This document shows, in pieces, positions 19,107-28,526 of a DNA stretch of 64,000 nt. The DNA comes from Candidatus Latescibacterota bacterium (lineage in GTDB: Bacteria > Latescibacterota > UBA2968 > GCA-2709665), in contig CBDCOX010000002.1 in NCBI GenBank assembly GCA_965219995.1, positions 480,001 to 544,000 of the forward strand. The letters run 5' to 3'. How positions within the stretch are numbered: the first letter of the stretch is position 1; the number at the start of each line of letters is the position of its first letter. The position numbers were made by a program, and so were the translations under genes. The notes below the pieces were generated by a model. It ran no database searches and was not told where the DNA came from. It saw only the letters and a list, made by a program, of their open reading frames with translations.

Positions 19107-20183
19107 GTGTCCTTGAGTATGTCAACCCACGGGGCAATCTTCCGCGTGGCGCTGACCGCCGACTTTTACGATGCCGACGGAACGTGCAAATTCAGCGATA
19201 TGGGCCTCTCCGTATTCGACGACCATGCCCATATACGAACGTCGGTATTCCGCGGACATCGGCCGGAGATCGGTCCGGATCAGGTAGAAAACGTCCAGGG
19301 TGTGTTCGTACTTACGCCGGCCGTGACCGCGGAGACGGTTTCGGCATCGGAAAACCTGCTGGCCATCGGCCGTTTCGGCGTGGGGTACGACTCGGTCGAC
19401 GTGGGCGCATGCACCGAGGCCGACGTGGCCGTATTCATCGCGGCCGGTGCGGTCGACCGGTCGGTGGCCGAGGCAACCGTGGGTTGGATAATCGCGCTGA
19501 CCCACCACATGCGCGTCAAGGACCGGCTGGTGCGTACCGGCGGGTGGGACGAACGAACCCGATATATGGGCAGTGAGTTGCGTGACCGCACGTTCGGCGC
19601 AGTGGGGCTGGGCGGGATCGCACGGGAGACGGTCCGGTTGCTGGGGACGTTCGGAATGAGTCCGCCTCTCGCATTCGATCCGTACGTCGATCCCCGGGAG
19701 GCGCGGAAGCAGGGCGTGACCCTCGTGTCGCTCCGGGATCTGTTGTCCGCGTCCGATTTTGTATCCATCCACTGTCCATTGACCGATGAGACGGAGGGCC
19801 TGATCGGCGCGCGGGAGCTGTCCCTGATGAAACGCAGTGCCTATCTGATCAATACGGCGAGGGGCGGGATCGTGGATGAGGATGCACTGTTCGACGCCCT
19901 GGAAGCCGGCGCGATCGCGGGCGCGGCGCTGGACTGTTTCGCGGTGGAACCGGTCGTGAAGCCGCAACGGTTCGGCGGATTCGACAACGTTCTGCTTGCG
20001 CCGCATTCGGTTGCGTGGACGGATGAGCTGTTTCGCGACATCGGACGAGCGGTCTGCCGGAGTATGGTGGCGCTGTCTCTCGGGACGCGACCCCGGGGTA
20101 TTGTGAATCCGGACGTCTTCCGCCGCCGCGGATTTCAGGAGAAGTGGTCCCGGCTGCGCCGGAGACGCACAGCCGGCGCGTAA
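19107..20183 (+). CDS. D-2-hydroxyacid dehydrogenase family (SerA-like)
   Basis: RFGVGYD, GLGGIA, HCPLT, INTARG and APHS motifs; the start may be slightly downstream (MSTHG). Confidence 0.9.
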   Translation: MSLSMSTHGAIFRVALTADFYDADGTCKFSDMGLSVFDDHAHIRTSVFRGHRPEIGPDQVENVQGVFVLTPAVTAETVSASENLLAIGRFGVGYDSVDVGACTEADVAVFIAAGAVDRSVAEATVGWIIALTHHMRVKDRLVRTGGWDERTRYMGSELRDRTFGAVGLGGIARETVRLLGTFGMSPPLAFDPYVDPREARKQGVTLVSLRDLLSASDFVSIHCPLTDETEGLIGARELSLMKRSAYLINTARGGIVDEDALFDALEAGAIAGAALDCFAVEPVVKPQRFGGFDNVLLAPHSVAWTDELFRDIGRAVCRSMVALSLGTRPRGIVNPDVFRRRGFQEKWSRLRRRRTAGA

Positions 20184-20246
20184 GCGGTCGTTACCGCCGG
20201 ATTTTTGTTCATCCGAGCCGCATTCATGCGAATGAGGGGACGGGTT

Positions 20247-21719
20247 GTGTCTGAGGTGATTCGAATTCATCCCGAAAACAGAAAGATCTTCGACTATCGC
20301 GGACGCGCGCTGGTGCTGGTCTGCGCGACCGAACACTACGGGGCCGTGATGAACAGGCCGTTCCGTTTCGAACGCTATCTGCGGGACGCCGCTGAACGGG
20401 GGCAGACGCTCACGCGGTTGTTCACGCTGTTCAGAGAATTGCAGACGCCCGTGAATCCGTACTCGACCTGCAAGCCAGAATCGCCGGACTATATTGCGCC
20501 GTTCGAAAGGACAGGCCCCGGAAACGCTCGGGACGGACAGCCGCGGTACGATCTGACGCGCCGGAACGCCGAATTCTTCGATCGGCTGCACGCGTTTCTG
20601 TCTCTTGCGGAGTCATATGGGATCATCGTGGAGGTGGTGCTCTTCAGCAACACGTACAAGGACGAGGTCTGGGCGCTCAATCCGCTGAATCCCGCCAACA
20701 ATATAACCATGGAGCCGCCGGATCAGCCGGTGCCCTGGCAGGAGTATATGACGTGCCGGCGGAAGGACCTGCTGGCCTGGCAGCGCGCGCACGTTCGCGG
20801 TATCGTCACCGAGACCAACCGGTACGGGAACGTGATCTACGAGATCTGCAACGAACCGTGTCATTTCCCAGGTCCTGACGAACTGCCCGGATCGGAGGAG
20901 GTGAATGGTTGGCAGGCGCAGTTCATCGAACAGATCCGTGAGCTGGAAAGCGGGATGCCGAAGCAGCACCTGATTGCGGGACAGGAAGCGATGACGATCA
21001 GGCCGTTCGATCAGCCTTCCGACGGATCGTTCAGCGCCATGGATTTCGACGTGGTGAATATACACCCGCTGCCCAATACCCTGTGCGAAGGTCGAAGTTA
21101 CGATCTCGGCGACTTCATGTCCAAACAGCTCAAGCTGCGGCCGTTGCGTGATTTTTCCCTGGCAGCCTATGAACGGTCGAAGCCGCTGAATCACGATGAG
21201 GACAACATCGCGACCCAGTACAAGGAGATTGAAGGATGGACGGTCCATCGCAAGCGGGCCTGGACTTCGCTGTTTTCGGGGGCCCATTACGATATGATCG
21301 ACTTTTCGATCCTGCCCTATCTCGAGGCGGGAACACCCGACTCGCGAAACGGGATTCGGAGGTGGATGGGCAACCTGTCCGGGTTCATCCACTCGATCGA
21401 TCTTGTGAGGGCCCGCCCGATGATGCCGGGATGGCTGAGAGAACGGCCGGACCACACGCTTGAATCGGTATTCGCGGTTGCGGGCGAGGACTACTGCATC
21501 TATCTGGCCGACGACCGCGAGCGCGAGGAAGCCGGATGCGGCGAACCGATTGAGGGACGGCTTTGCATGGACCTGCCGGCTGGCGCGTTTGAAGTGTGCT
21601 GTTTTTCGCCTGTTGACGGCGTCTATTCTCCCCGTGTGCCAATCGGCGGCGGCGTGCGTCGACTGGTTGTTCCGCCGTTTCGACACGACATTGTCGTTCG
21701 CGTCACGAAAGTGGAGTAA
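20247..21719 (+). CDS. Clan GH-A (GH5-like) glycoside hydrolase
   Basis: IYEICNEP acid/base motif, candidate nucleophile in NHDED, beta-rich C-terminal domain; no signal peptide. Confidence 0.65.
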   Translation: MSEVIRIHPENRKIFDYRGRALVLVCATEHYGAVMNRPFRFERYLRDAAERGQTLTRLFTLFRELQTPVNPYSTCKPESPDYIAPFERTGPGNARDGQPRYDLTRRNAEFFDRLHAFLSLAESYGIIVEVVLFSNTYKDEVWALNPLNPANNITMEPPDQPVPWQEYMTCRRKDLLAWQRAHVRGIVTETNRYGNVIYEICNEPCHFPGPDELPGSEEVNGWQAQFIEQIRELESGMPKQHLIAGQEAMTIRPFDQPSDGSFSAMDFDVVNIHPLPNTLCEGRSYDLGDFMSKQLKLRPLRDFSLAAYERSKPLNHDEDNIATQYKEIEGWTVHRKRAWTSLFSGAHYDMIDFSILPYLEAGTPDSRNGIRRWMGNLSGFIHSIDLVRARPMMPGWLRERPDHTLESVFAVAGEDYCIYLADDREREEAGCGEPIEGRLCMDLPAGAFEVCCFSPVDGVYSPRVPIGGGVRRLVVPPFRHDIVVRVTKVE

Positions 21720-21722
21720 CGG

Positions 21723-22538
21723 ATGGGACGCATGGACGGACAGGTTGCATGGGTGAGCGGGGGCGCCTCCGGAATGGGAGAGGCCACGGCGGAACTGTTC
21801 GCATCCGAAGGCGCCAGAGTCGCCGTGACCGACGTCCAGGAGGCGCGTGGCCGCGAGGTGGCGCATCGTATCAGGGAACAGGGCGGTGAGGCGATTTTTC
21901 TGGGGTGCGACGTTGCACGGGAAGAGCAGGTGCGGGAGTCCATCGAGGCGACGGTGGCGAATTTCGACGGTCTGCAGACGATTGTCAACTGCGCGGGAAT
22001 CGTGCATGTTGCGTGCCTGCACACATATTCCGGGAGGGACTGGGATCGTTTGATGGGGGTCAATCTCAAGTCCGTTTTCTTTTCGCTCAAGTACGGCATT
22101 CCGCACTTGCGGGAGCATCGGCGGAGTTATATGGTGAATATCGGCTCGGTCGGCAGCTTTATCGGTCAGGCGAATACGCCCGCATACACCACGTCCAAGC
22201 ACGCGGTTCTGGGATTGAGCCGGTCCATCGCGCTGGACTACGCGGGAGACGGGCTGCGCTGCAACTGCATCTGTCCGGGCATTACGGACACGCCCATGTT
22301 ACGGCACCATCTGAATACCACGCCTGACCCGGAGGCGACGCTGGCGCAGCGTCTGCAGCGCGTCCCGACGGGAACCGTCATCAGGCCCGCGGACGTGGCA
22401 CGGGCAGCACTTTACTTCTGCACCGAGGCGTCCGCCGGAATCACCGGCACGTCGCTGGTCGTCGATGGCGGTTACATCGCTGCGGCGGAGTGGGAGACGG
22501 CGGGTCCGACGCGTTTTGCGGAGGAAACGCGACCATGA
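21723..22538 (+). CDS. SDR family oxidoreductase
   Basis: SGGASGMG, NCAG, YTTSK (YxxxK) and PGITDT motifs. Confidence 0.93.
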   Translation: MGRMDGQVAWVSGGASGMGEATAELFASEGARVAVTDVQEARGREVAHRIREQGGEAIFLGCDVAREEQVRESIEATVANFDGLQTIVNCAGIVHVACLHTYSGRDWDRLMGVNLKSVFFSLKYGIPHLREHRRSYMVNIGSVGSFIGQANTPAYTTSKHAVLGLSRSIALDYAGDGLRCNCICPGITDTPMLRHHLNTTPDPEATLAQRLQRVPTGTVIRPADVARAALYFCTEASAGITGTSLVVDGGYIAAAEWETAGPTRFAEETRP

Positions 22539-23365
22539 ATCTGGCGTGCTCGGATTTTACGTTTCCCCTGCTTCCGCACGACGGTGCGCTTCAACTGGTC
22601 TCCATGCTGGGGTTCGAGGGGGTGGACATCGGTCTCTTCGAGGAGCGGTCTCATCTGTGGCCTTCGCGTGAGTTTCACGACGTGCCGCGCTCCGCCCGCA
22701 GACTCAGGAGAAAGCTGGACGGCTTCGGACTGACACCTGCGGATGTTTTCTTGCAGGCGGCGATGGACTTCGTGCCCTACGCCATCAATCATCCGCAGGA
22801 GGCGCGACGCCGGAAAGCGCGCGACTGGTTTCTGAAGACGCTGGAATACGCCGCCGAGTGCGGTTGCGCGCACGTCACGACACTGCCGGGTGTGTATAAC
22901 GAGGACGAGTCCCGGGCGGATTCGTTCAGCCGGGCCGTCGATGAATTGAACTGGCGGGTGGCGAAGGCGGGCGAGCACGGCATCGTCTTCGGCGTTGAGG
23001 CGCACGTCGGCTCTCTCGCTCCCCGTCCGAAGTCGGTACTGCGGCTGGTAGAGGCCGTTCCCGGCCTGACCCTGACGCTGGATTACACGCACTTCACGAA
23101 AGTCGGCCTTCCGGATTCCGACGTGGAGCCCCTCGTGGCATACGCCAGCCATTTCCATGCACGCGGCGCACGCAGAGGCAGGATACAGACGTCCTTCGAT
23201 CACAACGTCATAGACTATCGGCGGGTTGTGGACGTGATGAAAGCGACAGGATACCCGGGATGGCTGGGCGTCGAGTACGTCTGGATCGACTGGGAGCACT
23301 GCAACGAGTGCGACAACGTCTCGGAGACGATCAGGTTCCGCGATTTTTTCAAGTCTCTGGACTGA
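22535..23365 (+). CDS. Sugar phosphate isomerase/epimerase (AP endonuclease 2 TIM barrel)
   Basis: GFEGVD, VEAH, LDYTH, HFHAR and GVEY motifs; ATGA overlap with the SDR stop codon. Confidence 0.85.
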   Translation: MNLACSDFTFPLLPHDGALQLVSMLGFEGVDIGLFEERSHLWPSREFHDVPRSARRLRRKLDGFGLTPADVFLQAAMDFVPYAINHPQEARRRKARDWFLKTLEYAAECGCAHVTTLPGVYNEDESRADSFSRAVDELNWRVAKAGEHGIVFGVEAHVGSLAPRPKSVLRLVEAVPGLTLTLDYTHFTKVGLPDSDVEPLVAYASHFHARGARRGRIQTSFDHNVIDYRRVVDVMKATGYPGWLGVEYVWIDWEHCNECDNVSETIRFRDFFKSLD

Positions 23366-23426
23366 ATGGCGCCCGGGAAAGATGCGTCCCACGACGGACG
23401 GCAACGGTCGATCGTCTCGGGTGCTA

Positions 23427-23455
23427 TTGACAACACCCGGAATCCGGAGTATATT
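23427..23455 (+). promoter_or_regulatory. sigma70-type promoter for ssb
   Basis: TTGACA-17 nt-TATATT; AAGGAGGT RBS before the start codon. Confidence 0.7.
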
Positions 23456-23533
23456 CGAATGAAGGCTATTTGGGTGAGGATTGTGCCATCGTTTATAAAA
23501 AATTGTTTTTATTTTATTTAAAGGAGGTCCATC

Positions 23534-24034
23534 GTGGCACGTAGAGGCGTAAACAAGGTAATTCTAATTGGGAATATCGGGGCGGATCCGGAATTGCGAT
23601 ATACAGCGGGCGGAACTGCCGTAACGAACTTCAATATGGCCACCAACGAGAGTTGGAACGACAACTCGGGCGAACGGCAGGAACGAACCGAATGGCACCG
23701 GATCGTAGTATGGGGCAGGCTGGCGGAAATCTGCAATCAGTACCTGCGGAAGGGCAGCAAGGTCTATATCGAGGGACGCCTGCAGACCAGCAGCTGGGAA
23801 GGCCAGGACGGACAGAAGCGGTATACCACCGAGGTGATTGCCAGAGATATGCAAATGCTGGACTCCCGTGACGATCCAGATGCTGGCGGCGGTTTTTCCC
23901 AGGGACAGCGTCCGCAGGCGGAGGGAGCCCCCGGCAATCGGCAGGGTACCGCCGAAACGGGCGGCAGTCCGGACGCGGGTCAGGGCGGGTCGGGCCCGCC
24001 GGGCTACGGCGCCGACGACGATCTCCCCTTCTGA
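23534..24034 (+). CDS. ssb: Single-stranded DNA-binding protein
   Basis: [24 protein letters not shown] and C-terminal DDDLPF. Confidence 0.98.
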   Translation: MARRGVNKVILIGNIGADPELRYTAGGTAVTNFNMATNESWNDNSGERQERTEWHRIVVWGRLAEICNQYLRKGSKVYIEGRLQTSSWEGQDGQKRYTTEVIARDMQMLDSRDDPDAGGGFSQGQRPQAEGAPGNRQGTAETGGSPDAGQGGSGPPGYGADDDLPF

Positions 24035-24217
24035 GCACGATGGTTTCCGGCATCGCGAGGGCGTCAGGAAACTTTCGAGATTACTGGGCTGCGAATTCTT
24101 TTTGCAGCCCCATTTTCTGTACGTACATTGACAGCGTACCTGCGATGGGGATGAATTCCGCGACCGACCGTAGAGCGAACATCCGTCGGATACGGGTCGG
24201 CTAACGTGTGGTGTGGA

Positions 24218-24820
24218 ATGTTGAAGCTGATTGCGTTTTTTTCCGGCGCCGCGTTGATGGGGCTTGAAATCGTAGGCAGCCGGGTGCTTGCGCCGTATTT
24301 CGGCAGCTCCGTTTTCGTCTGGGGAAGCCTGATCGCGGTGGTCCTGGCCGCGCTGAGTCTGGGCGCGTATTCCGGGGGCAGGCTTGCGGACAGGATGCCT
24401 TCAGGCCCGCCGCTCGCCGCGTTGCTGGGTTTCGCGGGCGTGACGGCGTTTTGCCTGCCCTGGGTGGCGGGGGCGGTGAATCGCGCCGTTTTTGTCATGG
24501 ATGCGGGTCCGCGGGGCGGGCCGCTGCTGGCGTCGATCCTTCTGTTTGCGATACCGGGGGTTGCGCTGGGAGCCGTCACGCCCTTTGTCGTCCGGATGCT
24601 CGCGGATCGGGTCGACAGGGTCGGCGGCGTCGCGGGCACGGTATCCGCGTTGTCCGCGGCGGGGAGCATCGCAGGGACGCTGGGTACGGCGTTCTATCTG
24701 ATACCCGCGATGGGGGTACGGCACATACTCCACCTGATCGGAGCCGTACTCCTGGTGCTGGCGGCGATGGCGATGTGGGGTACGCACCGGTGCGCGGTAT
24801 CGCTCGAAGACCGATCCTAA
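24218..24820 (+). CDS. Membrane domain of the fused MFS/spermidine synthase family (stand-alone)
   Basis: FFSGAALMGLEIVGSRVLAPYFGSSVFVWG and GSIAGTLGTAFYLIP; about six TM segments. Confidence 0.8.
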   Translation: MLKLIAFFSGAALMGLEIVGSRVLAPYFGSSVFVWGSLIAVVLAALSLGAYSGGRLADRMPSGPPLAALLGFAGVTAFCLPWVAGAVNRAVFVMDAGPRGGPLLASILLFAIPGVALGAVTPFVVRMLADRVDRVGGVAGTVSALSAAGSIAGTLGTAFYLIPAMGVRHILHLIGAVLLVLAAMAMWGTHRCAVSLEDRS

Positions 24821-24944
24821 CAAAGCGCACGCGGCGGACGAGACGAGTGAGAGGATGAAAATCATTCGCGCATCGTCGAAAGCGCAGGACGGGGCGGGAT
24901 GCGCCGCCTTGTATGACACGCCAGGCGTTTGCGATAACCGTCCA

Positions 24945-25874
24945 GTGATCAAACGGTATCCGTTCGGCATTCTTTCTCTGCTTTTGTCGGTCTTTCCGCT
25001 CGCGGCATGCGACGTCCGGCCGGAAATCCCGGAGCAGGAAGAGCTGGTCTACGTCCACGACTCACTGTACAATCACATCGTGGTTTCCGAAGACGTCGAA
25101 GCTCGCTACCTCAGGTTCGGTTACGGCGCGAAACAGAGCGCGATGACGCTTGCAAACCCGGCGGCTCTGCGTGTGCCTTACACGGCATACCTTGCGTTGG
25201 GAACGGCGTTCACGAAACCGGAACGCGTGCTGATGATCGGACTGGCGGGGGGATCGGTCGCACGATTCGTACGGTCCGCCTGCCCGGAGGTCGCGATGGA
25301 CGTGGTCGAACTGGACCCCCACGTGGTTGGCGTGGCCAGGCGCTTTTTTGGTGTCGAAGCGGACGCCGCACTCAGAGTCCACGTGGACGACGGGCGGATG
25401 TTCGTGAAACGGACGGACGAACGTTACGACTGGATCGTACTGGACGCGTTTCATGCGGACTCCATGCCGCACCATTTGGCAACGGAGGAATTCTTCCGGG
25501 AGGTGAGGGGAATCCTGACGCCTCGCGGCGTCGTTACCGTGAACGTCGCGCCGCTCGGACCGGGCGTACTGTATCTCTCGATCATTCGAACGTTGGCAGA
25601 GGTGTTTCCACAGGTTTACCTGTTTCAGGTGCCTGAGCGGAGCAACATTGTGGCCGTCGCCACGCTGGATGCAGACAGGCGTAACGGAATTGAAATCGCA
25701 CGGGCAATACGTGAATTGAAATCGGAAATCGGCGACGCGCTGGAACGGCTGATCCCCATGACGCCTTTTGGCGAGCGCAAGCCCGTCGTCCGGGGCGTAC
25801 CCGTGCTGACGGACGACTATGCGCCTGTCGACTGGCTGCGATTCCGGCGGGCGCCCGGTGCAAGTATACAATAA
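24945..25874 (+). CDS. Spermidine-synthase-fold SAM-dependent transferase, probable lipoprotein
   Basis: QSAM, IGLAGGS, VELDP, DDGR, LDAF and LTDDYAP motifs. GTG 24945 gives a signal ending LAA-C; the alternative start is 24855. Confidence 0.75.
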   Translation: MIKRYPFGILSLLLSVFPLAACDVRPEIPEQEELVYVHDSLYNHIVVSEDVEARYLRFGYGAKQSAMTLANPAALRVPYTAYLALGTAFTKPERVLMIGLAGGSVARFVRSACPEVAMDVVELDPHVVGVARRFFGVEADAALRVHVDDGRMFVKRTDERYDWIVLDAFHADSMPHHLATEEFFREVRGILTPRGVVTVNVAPLGPGVLYLSIIRTLAEVFPQVYLFQVPERSNIVAVATLDADRRNGIEIARAIRELKSEIGDALERLIPMTPFGERKPVVRGVPVLTDDYAPVDWLRFRRAPGASIQ

Positions 25875-25935
25875 TCGCGGCGTCGGGCCGCGGCTCGTCA
25901 CACCGCCCGGCAGCCCAATTGGAAGGAGGCATTGG

Positions 25936-27591
25936 ATGGCAAGAGCATGGAGTCCTGAACCGGAGTTGCTGGCGTCGCTGGATGCGGCTGTACCGGAAAT
26001 CCTGGCGTCCCAGAAAGAAAACGGACAGTTCGGTACGGAGCCGTGGATCTGTGGAGACCAGAACCTGATTTTTCCCCTGGCAGCGGCATGGCATCTGAAC
26101 GAAAGCGGATACCACCGGAACGACGAGGTGCTGGAGGCGATCGTTCGGGGCGGCGACGCGCTGATTCACGCGCAGGATGAGGAAGGGAAGTGGACGTTTC
26201 TCAAGAAGGACTATTCGGAGTGGGGCCAGATCCTGATGCCCTGGACCTACAGCCGCTGGATCCGCGCGTATCAGATCGTCCGGGACGCATTGGACGCCGA
26301 TGCGCGCGCCCGATGGGACGAAGCGCTGCTGTTGGGGTTCGACGGCATCGCCAGGACCTGTCTCGCACACGTCCACAACATTCCCGCACACCATTCGATG
26401 GCTCTATTCTGTGCCGGTACGGTGTTCGACCGGGAGGACTGGCGAAACCAGTCGCGGGCGTTCATGGCACGGGTGGCCGGCGCGCAATCGCCGCACGGTT
26501 GGTGGCCTGAGCACAACGGGCCGGTCGTGGCGTACAACTACGTCTACTCGGAATCTCTCGGCATCTACTACGGGATGTCGAACGACGCTGCGGTGCTGCC
26601 GGCGCTGGACCGGGCGGCGCGTTATCACGCGAGTCTGACCTATCCGGACGGCAGCCCGGTAGAAACGGTGGACGGGCGCAATCCGTATCACGCGGGAGTT
26701 CGCCTGGGCAATGCGGGTTTCAGCCACACAGCGGCGGGGCGCGGGTATCTGGCGCGCCTGCACGGGTTGTTTCTGGCAGAGGGCGCGCGGTTCGATCCGG
26801 ACTATGCGGCGAACCTGCTGCTGAACGGCGGCCGCGGAGAAGCGGAGGAGACCGCTGCCGGGCGGGCCCGGCACGTTTACCGGATGGGGGACGAGGCCAC
26901 CGCGGTGAGGAACAGCCCCTGGTTCCTCTGTCTGTCGGCCTTTGTCGTGGATTTTCCACAGAACCGGTGGGGCCAGGACCGGCAGAATTTCGTCAGCGTG
27001 TTTCACGACAGCGTTGGGCTGGTGCTGGGCGGCGGGAATACCAAGTTGCAGCCTCTGTGGAGTACCTTTACCGTGGGCGACAAGGGACTTCTGGCACACA
27101 CGCCCGGAGACGAGGATCCCGACTTCGACGTGCCCGACGGATTGATCCACGTGCCGGATGAGATTTCGTACGATTCGGACGAAGCCGGCGGACGGCTGAG
27201 GATGCGCTACGGTGCGGAGACCTGCGGGGTGGAGGTGAGGATCGAGTCCGAAACCGAGTTGACGCTGGTGTTTGCCGCCACGGCGAATTCCGGTTTGCCC
27301 GTTGACGGACACGCGACGCTGATGCCGCACCTGGATCGGGAGGTGAGATTTGCGTCCGGAGAGGTAGCGATGCTGGGTGAAACGAAAGCGGAATGGACCG
27401 GCGAGCCATGGCTGGAACACGCGGGCTGGCGATTGCATCTGCCGCCCGGCGGCCGCGTGGTCTGGCCGGCGCTGCCGCACAATCCGTATCGGAAGGCGGG
27501 GGATTCGACCATCGAGGAGGCGCGCCTGGTGGCGGTTCTGCCCTTTTCCGCGGACGTGGACCGGCATGTGCTGAAACTGGAGGTCCTGTAG
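25936..27591 (+). CDS. Hypothetical protein; helical N-terminal domain resembling alpha/alpha-toroid lyases
   Basis: AGGAGG RBS; 551 aa; HN motif and GWWPEHNGPVVAYNYVY resemble the DGxxxE..Y segment of lyase toroids. Confidence 0.6.
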   Translation: MARAWSPEPELLASLDAAVPEILASQKENGQFGTEPWICGDQNLIFPLAAAWHLNESGYHRNDEVLEAIVRGGDALIHAQDEEGKWTFLKKDYSEWGQILMPWTYSRWIRAYQIVRDALDADARARWDEALLLGFDGIARTCLAHVHNIPAHHSMALFCAGTVFDREDWRNQSRAFMARVAGAQSPHGWWPEHNGPVVAYNYVYSESLGIYYGMSNDAAVLPALDRAARYHASLTYPDGSPVETVDGRNPYHAGVRLGNAGFSHTAAGRGYLARLHGLFLAEGARFDPDYAANLLLNGGRGEAEETAAGRARHVYRMGDEATAVRNSPWFLCLSAFVVDFPQNRWGQDRQNFVSVFHDSVGLVLGGGNTKLQPLWSTFTVGDKGLLAHTPGDEDPDFDVPDGLIHVPDEISYDSDEAGGRLRMRYGAETCGVEVRIESETELTLVFAATANSGLPVDGHATLMPHLDREVRFASGEVAMLGETKAEWTGEPWLEHAGWRLHLPPGGRVVWPALPHNPYRKAGDSTIEEARLVAVLPFSADVDRHVLKLEVL

Positions 27592-27626
27592 CAACATGAC
27601 CACTCCGGTTCAACGGGTATTCGTGC

Positions 27627-28499
27627 ATGGAACGCAGGGCTGAGGACGGATGGTTCAGGATCGACGTGAACCTGCCGGCGTACGCGTCGGAAGCGGTTTT
27701 GGAACTGCTGTTCCGCCTGGGAAGCTCAGGACTGGAGGTGCAAAGCGGGGCGGCAGGCGGTAAGACCGGACTGAAGGCTTACTTTCCCCCTGAAAGACAC
27801 AGCGCCCGAGTGGTATCCGGCCTGTGGAGCGGACTGGCCTCGACGTTCGGAGATTTGCGGTCCGTGCGCGTGGAAGTGGCGGAGGTCCCGCCGGAGGATT
27901 GGGCGTCGTCGTGGAAGTCCCGTTTCCGGCCCGTATACCCGGTTCCGACGGTTGCGGTCTGTCCACCCTGGGAACGCGTCGACGATCCGGAAGGCGGGTT
28001 CACGCTCGTCATCGAGCCGAAGACGGCTTTTGGAACCGGTCACCACGAAACGACACGGCTGGCGCTGAAGATGATGCACGCCGTCGTGAAACCGGGCGAC
28101 ACTGTGTTGGACGTGGGCACGGGCTCGGGAATCCTGAGTCTCGCCGCGGCCGGGCTTGGCGCTGCAAAGGTGACGGGTATCGACATCGATCCGACGGCCG
28201 TGCAGAATGCCAGGGCGAATATGTGCCTGAATGAGATTGCCGGCGACGTGGCATTTCGCGTGGGTACTGTTGAAGGCGTTATGGGTGATTTCGACGTTGT
28301 CGTCGCCAATATCGACAGCCGGACGCTGCGCCGGTTGCTGCCCTCGCTGGCCTCACGCGTGGCGCCGCGGGGCAATCTGATCCTGGGGGGCGTGCAGGTT
28401 CGGGAACGGGCGACGTTCCTGAAGGCATTACGGACGGCCGGTCTAAGGGTGGTGGAGGTCCTGGACGAGACCGGATGGCTGGGCATTCGGGCGGCGTGA
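27627..28499 (+). CDS. prmA: Ribosomal protein L11 methyltransferase
   Basis: EDW..WK, AFGTGHHETT, LDVGTGSGILS and VVANI motifs. Confidence 0.93.
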   Translation: MERRAEDGWFRIDVNLPAYASEAVLELLFRLGSSGLEVQSGAAGGKTGLKAYFPPERHSARVVSGLWSGLASTFGDLRSVRVEVAEVPPEDWASSWKSRFRPVYPVPTVAVCPPWERVDDPEGGFTLVIEPKTAFGTGHHETTRLALKMMHAVVKPGDTVLDVGTGSGILSLAAAGLGAAKVTGIDIDPTAVQNARANMCLNEIAGDVAFRVGTVEGVMGDFDVVVANIDSRTLRRLLPSLASRVAPRGNLILGGVQVRERATFLKALRTAGLRVVEVLDETGWLGIRAA

Positions 28500-28526
28500 C
28501 AGCTTCCGGTTTTGAACCGCGCAGCG

